A DNA stretch of 64,000 bases from Octopus vulgaris (taxonomy: Eukaryota), in contig OX597819.1 of NCBI GenBank assembly GCA_951406725.2, forward strand, positions 25,296,001 to 25,360,000, given 5' to 3'. The translations under genes and the position numbers were made by a program. The notes beneath the pieces are model-generated. The model worked only from the letters and a program-made list of their open reading frames with translations. It had not been told where the DNA came from and ran no database searches. Each line of letters opens with the position of its first letter. Within the stretch, counting starts at the first letter, position 1. Below are positions 38,391 through 49,972 of the stretch, piece after piece.

Positions 38391-39201
38391 ACTGTGTAAC
38401 AAAATTTTAATTATTTTCTTGTATCTGGTCAGTAAGTATTACTTCCTATTTGCTTCTATCTAGAAATCAAAGGAAATGACTACTATTCCCTTCAAACTTT
38501 GCTTTTTTGACCTGGACGTCAATGTTTCGAAACTGAAGTATTTTCCATTACATTTCAAGCAGATTCAGCACTGAGTTGCTGAAGCAGAGATACCCTTATA
38601 GTAAATATTCTGCTCAATAGCATGTGCTTGACCATAACCACTTGTGCTTGTCCCTTAGTGGCTGACAAAATGCGCATTTCTGATCATGAACAGGTATAAT
38701 GGGGGAGCATCATAGCAACGTCTTGAGTGGGATTCTTTGGGGGTTTGTACAAATGTAACAAAAGCAAAGTTTGAAGGAAATATTTGTCGTTTTTCATACT
38801 TTCTAGAGGTAAGTAAATACGCATAGCTCAGTGGTTAGAGCGTCGTGAGGTTGTGAGCTCGAATCCCGGACCGGGCTGCGTGTTGTGTTCTTGAGCAAGA
38901 CACTTTATTTCACGTTGCTCCAGTTCACTCAGCTGTAGAAATGAGTTGCGACGTCACTGGTGCCAAGCTGTATCGACCTTTGTATTTCCCTTGGATAACA
39001 CTGGTGGCGTGGAGAGGGGAGGCTGGTATGCATGGGCGACTGATGGTCTTCCATAAACAACCTCGCCCGGACTTGTGCCTGGGAGGGTAACTTTCTAGGT
39101 GCAATCCCATGGTCTGTGTCGTGACCGAAGGGGGTCTCCGGAGAGGTAAGTAAATAGGAAATAGCAGTTGCTACCCAAGAACAAAGATCGTGTTACACAG
39201 T
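38391..39201. mobile_element. MITE-like element with long diverged TIRs, interrupted by a SINE
   Basis: Ends actgtgtaaca / tgttacacagt; inner arms ttcccttcaaactttgctttt / aaaagcaaagtttgaaggaa. Confidence 0.65.
38820..39141 (+). mobile_element. SINE family C with 15-bp TSD
   Basis: TSD agaggtaagtaaata at 38805-38819 and 39142-39156. Confidence 0.92.
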
Positions 39202-39534
39202 ATTATATGGTGCATCAGTTGCATGCATTTAAACCTATATATATAGTACCTATATACATTCAGGTAAACTGCTGCGATTTAATTGTATTGACTGTTAGCG
39301 TAAAACAATGCTGTCTAGTCATCAGCTGACTTCACGTGATTATGTTAACTGTAATTTTGTGGTGAATGTTGAGAAATAGACAAATAGTTATTCATCAATC
39401 AGTTGTTTCTTCTTCAACTTTTGATGTTCACTAAAAGTACTAAACGTTGACCATAGACAAAGTACTAAGAAATAAGGAAGAAATTTACTTAGCAAAACAC
39501 ATGTACTGCTTTACAATGTTACATTTATGATTTA

Positions 39535-40385
39535 AGCTGGCAGAATCGTTAGCTATTTCTTTACTGCCCACAAGGGGCTAAACACAGAGGGGACGAACAA
39601 GGACAGATAAACGGATTAAGTCGATTACATCGACCCCAGTGCGTAACTGGTACTTAATTTATCGACCCCGAAAGGATGAAAGGCAAAGTGGACCTCGGCG
39701 GAATTTGAACCCAGAACGTAACGGCAGACGAAATACGGCTACGCGTTTCGCCCGGCGTGCTAACGGTTCTGCCAGCTCGATGCCAGAATCGTTAGCACGC
39801 CGGGCGAAATGCTTAGCGGAATTTCGTCTGCCGCTACGTTCTGAGTTCAAATTCTGCCGAGGTCGACTTTGCCTTTCATCCTTTCGGGGTCGATTAAATA
39901 AGTACCAGTTACGCACTGGGGTTGATATAATCGACTTAATCCGTTTGTCTGTCCTTGTTCGTCCCCTCTGTGTTTAGCCCATTGTGGGTAGTAAAGAAAT
40001 GGGCATTTCGTCCGTCTTGAAGTCCTGAGTTCAAATTCGGCTGAGGTTGACTTTGCCTTTCATCGTTTTGGGGTCGATAAAATAAGTATCAATCAAGCAA
40101 TGGGGCCGATGTAATCGACGTAACCCTTCCCCATAACTTGCTGGCCTTGTGTCAAAATTTGAAACCACTATTATTAAGGTGGCGAGCTGGTAGAATCGTT
40201 AGCACGCCGGACAAAATGCTTAGTGAAATTTCATCAGTCTTCATGTTCTGAGTACAAATTCCGCTGAAGTTGACTTTATCCTTCATCCTTTCGGGGTCGA
40301 TAAAATAAGTACCAGTCAAATATTAGGGCGGATTTAATCGACTTACCCCCTCCACCGGAATTGCCGGCCCTGTGCTAAAATTTGA
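39535..40385. mobile_element. Cluster of four SINE family B copies (one minus, three plus)
   Basis: The minus copy 39554-39780 is inserted in the head of a plus copy (TSD cagaatcgttagc at 39541-39553 and 39784-39796). Further copies at about 40005-40165 and 40178-40385. Confidence 0.9.
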
Positions 40386-40439
40386 AATAGCAAAACTGTA
40401 GAAATGCAAGATTAATTAGTTACGAAAATACCAAGATGG

Positions 40440-40810
40440 TCATGAATTTTGAGTTGTGTCCGAAAGAATACGATCGCAAATACAAGCGGCCGAAGTGGAG
40501 TTTGTCCGAAGGATCCGTAAAATAACGTTACTCGATAGAGTGTCAAGCTAGGAGATCCAGGTTGAGCCGCATTGAGAGGTCAAAACTCTGGTATTATGAG
40601 CATGAGATTAGAATGCTGCAGGAAAGAATCGCAAAACAGATTCACGAAGCCAAGCCAACCAGCAGGAGACCTTGGAGTAGAACAAGAACGGGATGGTTGG
40701 ATGTTATCTATAGTCTCATTTGGTCTATGGCGTTTGCTTCTGAGAGAAGACTATGGAAGAGGTGCCTGAGGACTCTACCCATGTGACCCTTCTAGCTGGA
40801 ATAGTAGGAG
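40440..40810 (+). mobile_element. RTE-type LINE 3' fragment, decayed
   Basis: RSQIQAAEVEFVRRI..TLLDRV...RIERSKLWYYEH..RM..ERIAKQI.EAKP..RRP..R.RT.W. Confidence 0.8.
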
Positions 40811-40925
40811 TGGATGGAATTACTAAGATTACTTAATAAATTCATGCATCTTAAAAATGTATAGTATAATCTCTGAGATGTCACAGCATTGGACAATGAA
40901 TTATTTCCGTTATTGTTGCAATGCA

Positions 40926-40974
<49 letters not shown>

Positions 40975-41010
40975 AATACACACACACTCATATATATATA
41001 TATATATATA

Positions 41011-41177
41011 TATAATTAAGGGCTCCCAAATAAGGATGCCAAGTGCTAGGGACACAAAAAAGGGATAAATTCATCGAGAGTGAAAATCAAAAACATTTAC
41101 CATTTTCACTTTCGATGAATTTTCCCTTTTTTGTGTCCCTAGCACTTGGCATCCTTATTTGGGAGCCCTTAATTATA
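41011..41177. mobile_element. Near-perfect foldback (about 75-bp arms) embedded in (TA)n
   Basis: taattaagggctcccaaataaggatgccaagtgctagggacacaaaaaaggga... mirrored at about 41102-41176. Confidence 0.8.
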
Positions 41178-41272
41178 TTTCTATATGAATAATATTTTTC
41201 TATATGAATAATATTTTGTCTAATGACTAATTCGTCTTTTGTGCTGGGCCACTATGTTATTACCCTTTTTTG

Positions 41273-41319
<47 letters not shown>

Positions 41320-41583
41320 TTATATATCACTGTAAAATATATTTTGTCTAAGGCAAATTGACGGATATCCAATGTAGAATTATGATGAACCATAAGTGGG
41401 GAACCTACCAATAGATTACTTGGACTCCTTCACTAATCTAAGTAATATCGTTAGCCTGGTGTTCTTACATAGGGCTTATGAACTATTTTGCTGGGATTGA
41501 TAATCCTTCACTATTTGTTCTATATATATATATATATAAATTTGCATTTCTACGCAGACACGCACACACATATATTTACATAC

Positions 41584-41627
<44 letters not shown>

Positions 41628-41894
41628 GCATATGCACACATACATACACCCATATAGATATATATTGTATATATATATACATACATTATATATATGTATG
41701 TATATACATTTATAGACTCATGCATATATTTGCATTAGACATCAACCGGTGGCTTCAAATTTTATGCTATCTGCATTGAATCCGATATGCTATGGAATGT
41801 CACATCCTGCAACATGTAATACAAAAATTTCGTGGATATAAAAGCAGCCCACTCCTGTTTTCTTGTATAAAACCGTTTGAATATATGAAGAGAA

Positions 41895-41896
<2 letters not shown>

Positions 41897-41958
<62 letters not shown>

Positions 41959-41972
41959 TAATAATAATAATA
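41897..41972. repeat. (AAT)n microsatellite
   Basis: Seen directly in the sequence. Confidence 0.95.
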
Positions 41973-42473
41973 AAAACAAGAATAAACAAAATGTAAAAAA
42001 ATAGACTCAGTCCCATTGGTTCTGTTTATTGCTTTTATTAAATACTGAAACCTTATACAATCTTTTCAAAACTGGTCGATTGTTATATTATTATTCATGA
42101 CATCCCTGCTAAGAGAAAATTTCTTGTTGAATGGTGAATGAATTAAAAATTGTCTCAAGCTGAGGAATAACACAAAAGACCCATACGGTGAGATCTTGAA
42201 ATATGATTCTTCTTTGTTAATTTTTTCGAAGCTCTCGGTAGGAAAGCATGGTGAAAAAAAAAAATAAAGAGATAAATAAATATCTTATTAATACTGATTT
42301 GTTTTCAGTGACAAGGAAGGTTTTGTATTTTAGAAGAGAGCAAAATAAAGAATCTGTTACGTGCACAGAATAGGTGGAATGGATAATGGTTGGAAAGCGA
42401 ATTGGAACAATATCCGTGACTCGACTGACCACCAACTCATGACTACTTCTTCGTTTCTGTCTTGTTAAACCAG

Positions 42474-42510
<37 letters not shown>

Positions 42511-42658
42511 GAATGTGTATGTGTGTGTGTATTTGTGTGTACAAGAAAATGAGATGCCAAAGGAATAAACGATTATCTTAGGAACTTAATTAACTTAATT
42601 AGCTATTTCTGCTATAAAATGCAATGGATTCATAGTTGAGTGGCTGAGTAACACCTTA

Positions 42659-42945
42659 CATTGGGTTGTCCGGAAAGTTCGTGCCAATTTTTAAAGGAAA
42701 GAAAAAGGTCAATAAATACTTGCCATTACATTTTTAAGCAACCAAATATGAACCATTTTGTTGCACAATGCGTCTCCATCTTTCCTTTAACTTGAAAATA
42801 CCTTCTTTCCAGAATTGCGGTGGTTTCATAGCAAAGAATTCATCAAGGTATCTTTTTCTGTCATGCAAGGAATTGCAATTTTTACCATTAAGACTATTCT
42901 GCAGAGACCTGAATAAATGGAAATCCGAAGGAGCAACATCTGGTG
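42659..42945 (-). mobile_element. mariner transposase C-terminus plus TIR
   Basis: SPDVAPSDFHLFRSLQNSL.GK...FW..GI.KL.ERW..IV..NG.Y; TIR-like ttgggttgtccggaaagttcgtgcc at 42661. Confidence 0.85.
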
Positions 42946-43319
42946 AATTGAAACCACGATCAAGCGCTCCTGAATGCAACAGACGAATCACTAGGCCACG
43001 CGCCTTCATTTTTATTTACGCTGGTAAATGTCTAGGTGACACTCTCGAAAGGCGAAGATTTTAAAGTAGCAAAGCCAGAAACCGGCTAACATGGTTACAA
43101 TTTGTAAGTAGAACAGTAAAAATATGCAAGACTTTCTTAAAGTTCGACATGTAAAAAATATTGGTGTTGTTATCCGATTTCTAGAGATAGATCTTGGAAG
43201 AATACTATTAAATACAAAAAGTGAAATATCTCATATATAAACACACATACAAACACATATACGTACACTCATATACGCATATACTCACATACACATGCAC
43301 ACATATACATACATCCAGT

Positions 43320-43748
43320 GTTTACGTTTTACTTGTTTCAGTCATTAGACTTTGGCTATGCTGGGGCGCCACCTAGGCGAATATCTTAGTAAATGAATCA
43401 ACCCCAGTACTTATTTTTTAAGCCTGGTACTTATCCTACCGGTCTCTTTTGCCGAGCCACTAATGTTACGGGGTCGTAAACACACCAGCAGCGGTTGTCA
43501 AGCGGTGGTAGTGGACAAACACAGACACAAAGACACACACTCACACACACACGCAGACACATACTCCACCACACACACAGAAATACGATGGGCTACTTTC
43601 AGTTTCCGTCAACCAAGTCTACTTACAAGATATTGATTTGCCCGAGGCTATAGTAGAAGACACTTGTTCTAGGTGCTACGCAGTAGGACTGAGCCCGGAA
43701 CCATGTAGTTGGAAAGCAAGCTTCTTACCACACAGACACGCCTACGCT
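43320..43748 (-). mobile_element. SINE family A
   Basis: Same layout as 26595-27028. Confidence 0.85.
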
Positions 43749-45350
43749 TGTATACCTACTTTTGTGGGACTATTAAGAGTAGAAGTGCAGACATAGAGGA
43801 CATTTTGAAAATGTATGTTTAAGGCGATTTAGCTCAGACATGATTCATCACTAGTATTTTTTACGTTACGAATAAAAAATAAACTGCTGGAAACTCACTA
43901 ATTTGTTTACGTCCGTTTCCACAATTTTTGAAAAAAAAAAAAAGTATTGCTTTTTAATAAAAAATAATTTGAAATATTTCTGTTTTGTCAAAATTGCTTC
44001 TGCTATCGAGTAAATGGTATTTATTACTGAGATTCTCTCTCTCTTTAGTTGCTGTACAACATTTATTTGAGGAAAGAAATACATTAAAAGAGACTGCCAA
44101 GACAACGGAAAATTCACAACGTCATTTCAAATCCCTGAGGCTTCCGTTATTTAGGAAGTTTACTGTATGTGTGTACGTACGTACGTATGTATGTATGTAT
44201 GTATGTATGTATGTATGTATGTATGTATGTATGTATGTATGTATGTATGTACGTACGTACGTACATACATTGAATGGAAAATTCTGTTATCGAAAAATAC
44301 ATTAACCACAAGTTTACTTCTAACTCAGATGCTATGTCTATGAAAGACAACAAAATCTAAGGGCTATCTTTAATATTTTTGATCTGATATCTGCAATGAA
44401 ACAGATTTCAGCAAGAATATGTCACGGTTGATTACAATCAGGAAGGAACACAACATTGAAAATTACACGATGCGTTCTAAATATTTCACTCATGACTTTC
44501 TATATGACTCCAGAATGGTAGACCTTCAATAATGACCTGGCGCCAAAACTCTATTGATACCAACTAAAGGCTATATAATACATAGGTATATAGTGTATAG
44601 CCTTTAACTTGAAGATAATACTTATACGGATTGGAAATGTAGCGCTCTTATAACTGTAATTGCTATATTGTCACATTTGAAAGGCCATGCTTCTACACTG
44701 CAAGAACAAGATTTGACTTTAAACACTTATTGAAGAAAAGACACGATTAAATCCTCAACCTCAACGCGCGACAAAAACATGCCGATTATCTGTGGAAGAT
44801 AACCAGAGAAGTTGAGCTAATACACCGTTAAAATATGTAATGCAATCCATAGAAAACACTGCAATAAAATAATAAAATAAAAAAAGTATTTCTGGTGTTA
44901 AGTCCTCTTATAAGTTTCAAGAAAAAGAATATTAGTGAAGCATTCACAACGAAGTACCAAACCAAATGCACAATTCACAGGCGTGATATCAGTATTTGGG
45001 ATAGAAAAGAATACAAAACAAGTTTCTATGGATGATAGTATCCAGATGTCCAGCGGATGTGAGCATTTCACACAAAATTCGTTAGAAACAGAATATTTAT
45101 GAATAAATGTTTCAAAACCCACAACTTCTCTACTTAAATTATAAGTGACATTTATATTCATAATTATTGGTCTATTTGGTTGGTATATTACAAAATGTCT
45201 AAGTTGTAATCTACAACAGCTAGGAGTTTTCAGTAAAAGAAAGGGACCAGCTGTCATGCAATTTTCGCATACATTAGCATATACACATACAGACTTACAT
45301 ATTAGCACATCCTCATTTGCATATCTTCACCTACTCCCGTACACTCACCT

Positions 45351-45399
<49 letters not shown>

Positions 45400-45499
45400 T
45401 TATTACACCAATAAAATACACTCTAATGAAACGCACACTTGTGACATACACATTTCTATTGTATGATTACAAGTGTAAATGCGCATATGAAAATCATAC

Positions 45500-45618
45500 G
45501 TCTGCTTCCAGCGCCAAAAAGTACTGTCGCCAAAACAGGTTTAATGTCTGTTCGACTGTGATAAATTGCCACCGTCCTGTTCGTTTCATTCCGTCATAGT
45601 ATCCTCCGCTGATTTCTC
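45500..45618 (-). CDS. Candidate coding exon 2 of host gene (GEISGGYYDGMKRTGRWQFITVEQTLNLFWRQYFLALEAD; PH-domain-like start)
   Basis: Acceptor tatatctag| (alternative in-frame acceptor ttttag| at 45660); donor GAC|gtatga. Phase-1 start matches the upstream exon. Non-repetitive open frame. Confidence 0.55.
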
Positions 45619-45729
45619 CTAGATATATTATATCAAAAGACAGCAATGAAAGGTCTGCGGCTAAAATGCTATATCCTATATTATTGAATTTTTGTAACAA
45701 TGGCAGACAATGATACCCTATACTCTATC

Positions 45730-46130
45730 TCTCTTTTACTCTTTTACTTGTTTCAGTCATTTGGCTGTGGCCACGCTGGAGCACCGCCTTTAGTCGAGCA
45801 AATAGATCTCAGGACTTATACTTTGTAAGCCTAGTACTTATTCCATCGGTCTCTTTTGCCGAACCGCTAAGTTACGTAAACACACCAGCATCGGTTGTCA
45901 AGCGATGTTGGGGGCACAAGCACAGACACACAAACATACACACACACACATATGTATATACATATATACGACGGTCTTCTTTCAGTTTCCGTCTACCAAA
46001 CCCACTCAAAAGGCTTTGGTCGGCCCGAGGCTATAGTAGAAGTCACTTGCCCAAAGTACCACGTTGTGAGACTGAACCCGGAACCATGTTGTTGGTAAGC
46101 AAGCCACTTTCCACACAGCCAATCCTACGC
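45730..46130 (-). mobile_element. SINE family A
   Basis: Same layout as 26595-27028. Confidence 0.88.
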
Positions 46131-46457
46131 TTAATAATTTTTCAGTCAACCTCTCATTCCTCAAATGTGATTGTTGTTTAGTCTCATATACGATCTGCCG
46201 AGCATGCTTATTATTATAGTTTTTCAAGTCGCATCGATCGAGTATTTTTTGTTTTATATGAAGGACTATAAGGCGGCGAATAGTCAGAATCGTTACAGTG
46301 CCGGACAAGAAATCACGAGCTATTTGTTCTGAGATTCTACTCCCTGAGTTGAAGTCCCACTGATGTCAACTTCACCTTTCATCTATTCGAGATCGATAAA
46401 AATGTGACATTCAAGAGCAGTGAAAGTGCAAAACTCTTAGAAGGTCGGTTAAGATAC

Positions 46458-46548
46458 CTTGCGCTATCTGCTTCCGCTCTTCGCGTTTTGAAAGTAATGC
46501 CCGTGGAAAGATTGGAACGACGCTGTATCGGTCTAATTCGGTAGCCAT
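46458..46548 (-). CDS. Candidate first coding exon of host gene (exon 46671-46458; MATELDRYSVVPIFPRALLSKREERKQIAQ)
   Basis: Strong acceptor ttctttttcag| at 46671, upstream in-frame TGA, Kozak-like aggATGG, donor AAG|gtatct. The 91 coding nt give phase 1. Confidence 0.55.
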
Positions 46549-46742
46549 CCTTTTGGATAAACATCAGTGCTGTGGAGACGGGTGGCTTGTATGTATGGGC
46601 AACTGTCAATCTTTGTAAAAATACCGTGCCCAAGTCAGTACACACGTGGCTAACCTTCACCGACGGAGGCACTGAAAAAGAATTGATTTGAGGGAGGGAT
46701 TCAATTCGCTGGTTAATAAACTTGTATATATTTGTGCAAGAC

Positions 46743-47152
46743 GGCGAGCTGACAGAAACGTTAGCACACCGGGCGAAATGCGTAGCTGTATTTCGTCTGT
46801 CGTTACGTTCCAAGTTCAAATTCCGCCGAGGTCGACTTTGCCTTTCATCCTTTCGGGGTCGATAAATTAAGTACCAGTTACGCACTGGGGTCGATATAAT
46901 CGACTTAATCCGTTTGTCTGTCCTTGTTTGCCCCCTCTGTGTTTAGCCCTTTGTGGGTAGTAAAGAAATAGGTATTTCGTCTGCCGTTACGTTCTGAGTT
47001 CAAATTCCGCCGAGGTCGACTTTGCCTTTTATCCTTTCGGGGTCGATAAATTAAGTACCAGTTACGCACTGGGGTCGATATAATCGATTTAATCCGTTTG
47101 TCTGTCCTTGTTTGTCCCCTCTGTGTGTAGCCCCTTGTGGGTAGTAAAGAAA
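46743..47152 (+). mobile_element. SINE family B dimer with 18-bp TSD
   Basis: TSD tatatatttgtgcaagac at 46725-46742 and 47153-47170; the about 185-bp body is present twice in tandem. Confidence 0.92.
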
Positions 47153-47601
47153 TATATATTTGTGCAAGACATAAATATGCAATCTCATATGACAAAACAT
47201 AGACTGGTCAAATATAAAAACCGCAGAACGACAATAAAACCATTGTAATATTGCTGCAGCAATTAAGGAGAGTGTTGCCATTAATGGCCACCTTGAATTT
47301 ACATTGTAATTTTATTTTGCTGTTGTAACACATTTGTGATAATAATAGACAATGGGGAATTATCATGTGGGTCTGAAAATATCACGAATTAATACAAGAT
47401 TTAGGTATTAATTGAGCTGGGTGAATGATCGAAGAACTTGCTGAACAAATCAAGTTAGAAGGAGAACACCTATGACGTTCAAAAGGAAATAAATGGGAAT
47501 GTTCGATTACGGTTTTAGCATACTTTAGAAATATTCAATCATTTATACTTTAGACGCTCTCTATACTAACATACACAGGCATATGCACACACACACACGC
47601 A

Positions 47602-47634
<33 letters not shown>

Positions 47635-47974
47635 GCACAAATATATACTGACATGCGGTATCAAACACACACACACACACACATCTTAAACTAGTATAAC
47701 ATGTTGAAGGGTGTTACAAAAATTAAATACATTTAATATTTCTAAAGAAACATTATTTAAAATGAAAACAACGACCGGTTTTTCCTTTCTCTGTTCCTCA
47801 CTTCTCTACATGTATGTATGTATGTATGTATGTATGTATGTATGTATGTATGTATGTATGTATGTATGTATGTATGTATGTATGTATGTATGTCTGCATG
47901 TATGTATGTATGTATTTATGTCAGTCTGTATGTATGTATTTATGTCTGTATGTCTGAATGTATGTTTGTATGTA

Positions 47975-48503
47975 TGGGAAGGCATAGCTATTGATCGTAG
48001 CAGGTGGAGAAGGATTGTGCATGAGGGGACATCCACGTTTGAGAAATCTCGAGTTGCACATGAGAAAGTAAGGAGGGATGTCAGGAAGGGCGTCGCTATT
48101 ATACTTCCAGAAGGGAAGGGTCTTCCTTTGATTCTGACATGCATTGTCTGTGCAAGACCCTGATTCAGTAAAGCTGGACTCATGAGTCATCTTCATAGTC
48201 ATAAAACGAGACAGATGAGTGACAACCTGGCCACTGGTGGTGGTGTAACACACCATACTAATCATATCTGTCAGGCATGTGGAAGAGAGTGTAATTCGGC
48301 AGGAGGACTTAAACGACATGCAAAGGTACATGAAGCCCAGTTACAACTACAGCCGGCTTTTACCAGTAAAGGTCTTAGTTGCCAATTTTGTACAAGACAT
48401 TGTAGATCTTTAGCTGGGCTAAAAAGTCACCTTCGATCACAGCACCAGTAACAGTTAAGCTTCGTGCAATGGCCATACTTGATAACGAGGGGGCAGCCAT
48501 AAT
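47975..48503 (+). mobile_element. RTE-type LINE 3' end with three C2H2 zinc fingers, inserted in (TATG)n
   Basis: WEGIAIDRSRWRRIVHEG..FE; then CIVC..GLMSHLHSH (frameshifted), CQACGRECNSAGGLKRHAKVH, CQFCTRHCRSLAGLKSHLRSQH. Confidence 0.8.
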
Positions 48504-48591
48504 TGTATGTATGTATGTATGTATGTATGTATGTATGTATGTATGTATGTATGTATGTATGTATATATATATATATATATATATATTGGCA

Positions 48592-48760
48592 TAGGTGCAG
48601 GCGTGGCTGTGTAGTGAGCAGCTTGATTCCCAACCACATGATTCCGGGTTCAGTCCCACTGCGTGTCACCTTGAATAACTATTTTCTACTATAGTCTCGG
48701 GCCGACCACAGCCTTGTGAGTGAAATTTAGTAGATGGAAACTGAAAGAAGCTCTTCGTAT
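48592..48760 (+). mobile_element. SINE family A, 5' half
   Basis: aggtgcaggcgtggctgtgt...ggaaactgaaagaagc. Confidence 0.82.
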
Positions 48761-49039
48761 ACACACAAACACATGTGTGTGTGTGTGTGTGTGTATGTGG
48801 GCCTGTGTGCGTATCTGTTTGTGTATAGATATGGACTTTTCTCTTTCAAAGTTGTACTTTGTCTAGCGAGTCACTTTATCTTTGGCCGTGTGTTAACACA
48901 CTGAAGCAATTATATCGTGGACAAATCAATTATAACCATTTACTAATAAACAACTCTGCTCAGTTACCGTTTAAGCTACTTCATGAGGTGTTGACATTTT
49001 CACAGCACAATCTGGTCACTGACGCAGTTCCCCTGCAAC

Positions 49040-49261
49040 TCTTTTACTCTTTTGCTCTTTTACTTGCTTCAGTCATTTGACTGCGGCCATGCTGGAGCAC
49101 CGCCTTTAGTCGAGCAAATCGACCCCAGGACTTATTCTTTGTAAGCCCAGTACTTATTCTATCGGTCTCTTTTGCCGAACCGCTAGGTGACGGGGACGTA
49201 AACACACCAGCATCGGTTGTCAAGCAATGCTAGGGGGACAAACACAGACACACAAACACAT

Positions 49262-49312
<51 letters not shown>

Positions 49313-49480
49313 TATACGACAGGTTTCTTTCAGTTTCCGTCTACCAAATCCACTCACAAGGCATTGGTCGGCCCGGGGCTATAGCAGAAGACACTTGCCC
49401 AAGATACCACGCAGTGGGACTGAACCCAGAACCATGTGGTTGGTTAGCAAGCTACTTACCACACAGCCATTCCTGCGCCT
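49040..49480 (-). mobile_element. SINE family A, full length
   Basis: High identity to the other A copies; (ctctttta)n tail. Confidence 0.92.
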
Positions 49481-49972
49481 GTTTAAAAGTTTGCTATTAG
49501 CAAGCTTCATAGATCTCAGTTTTCTCTTGTTTCCTTCGTTACTTGCTGAAACTAGAGGAAAATGGCTTATTGTTTACATGTAGATAGACTTCGACCTTGT
49601 AATATCAGTCATTTCTCGATTATCATTCGTCACATTCATTTTTACCATTTTGCTTTGCACCAGAATTCTGGCGATGGGACGAAAGTTTTAAACTTTCTGA
49701 TATCTTCTTTGCATCATTTTCCTCAGTTTTTGGAAGGTCCCTCAAGTCTTGGTTAATGCTAGAAAAAAAAAAACAAAAAAACTAGGACTACATTATTTAA
49801 TGTCTCCTTTCGCCTTTTAGGAAAATAGAACGGATGTGTTCTGAGAGAGAATTGGCTGCTATTTCAAGCAAGATTTTTGACCACACAGAGGCTTCTTCGT
49901 TGCCTCAACCATTTAGGATTAAGAAATGTTTGATAATGGACACACAATAGCTTAGGTGTAATAGGATAGCAT

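Noticed and set aside
44898-45308. 136-aa Cys-containing minus-strand ORF
   Set aside because: No recognisable domain, start context or splice signals.
46458-46671. Reading the exon in the ORF-track frame (VPPSVKV...ADSAR)
   Set aside because: It ends in phase 2 and hits a stop within about 10 codons of the next exon; the internal-ATG frame splices in frame.
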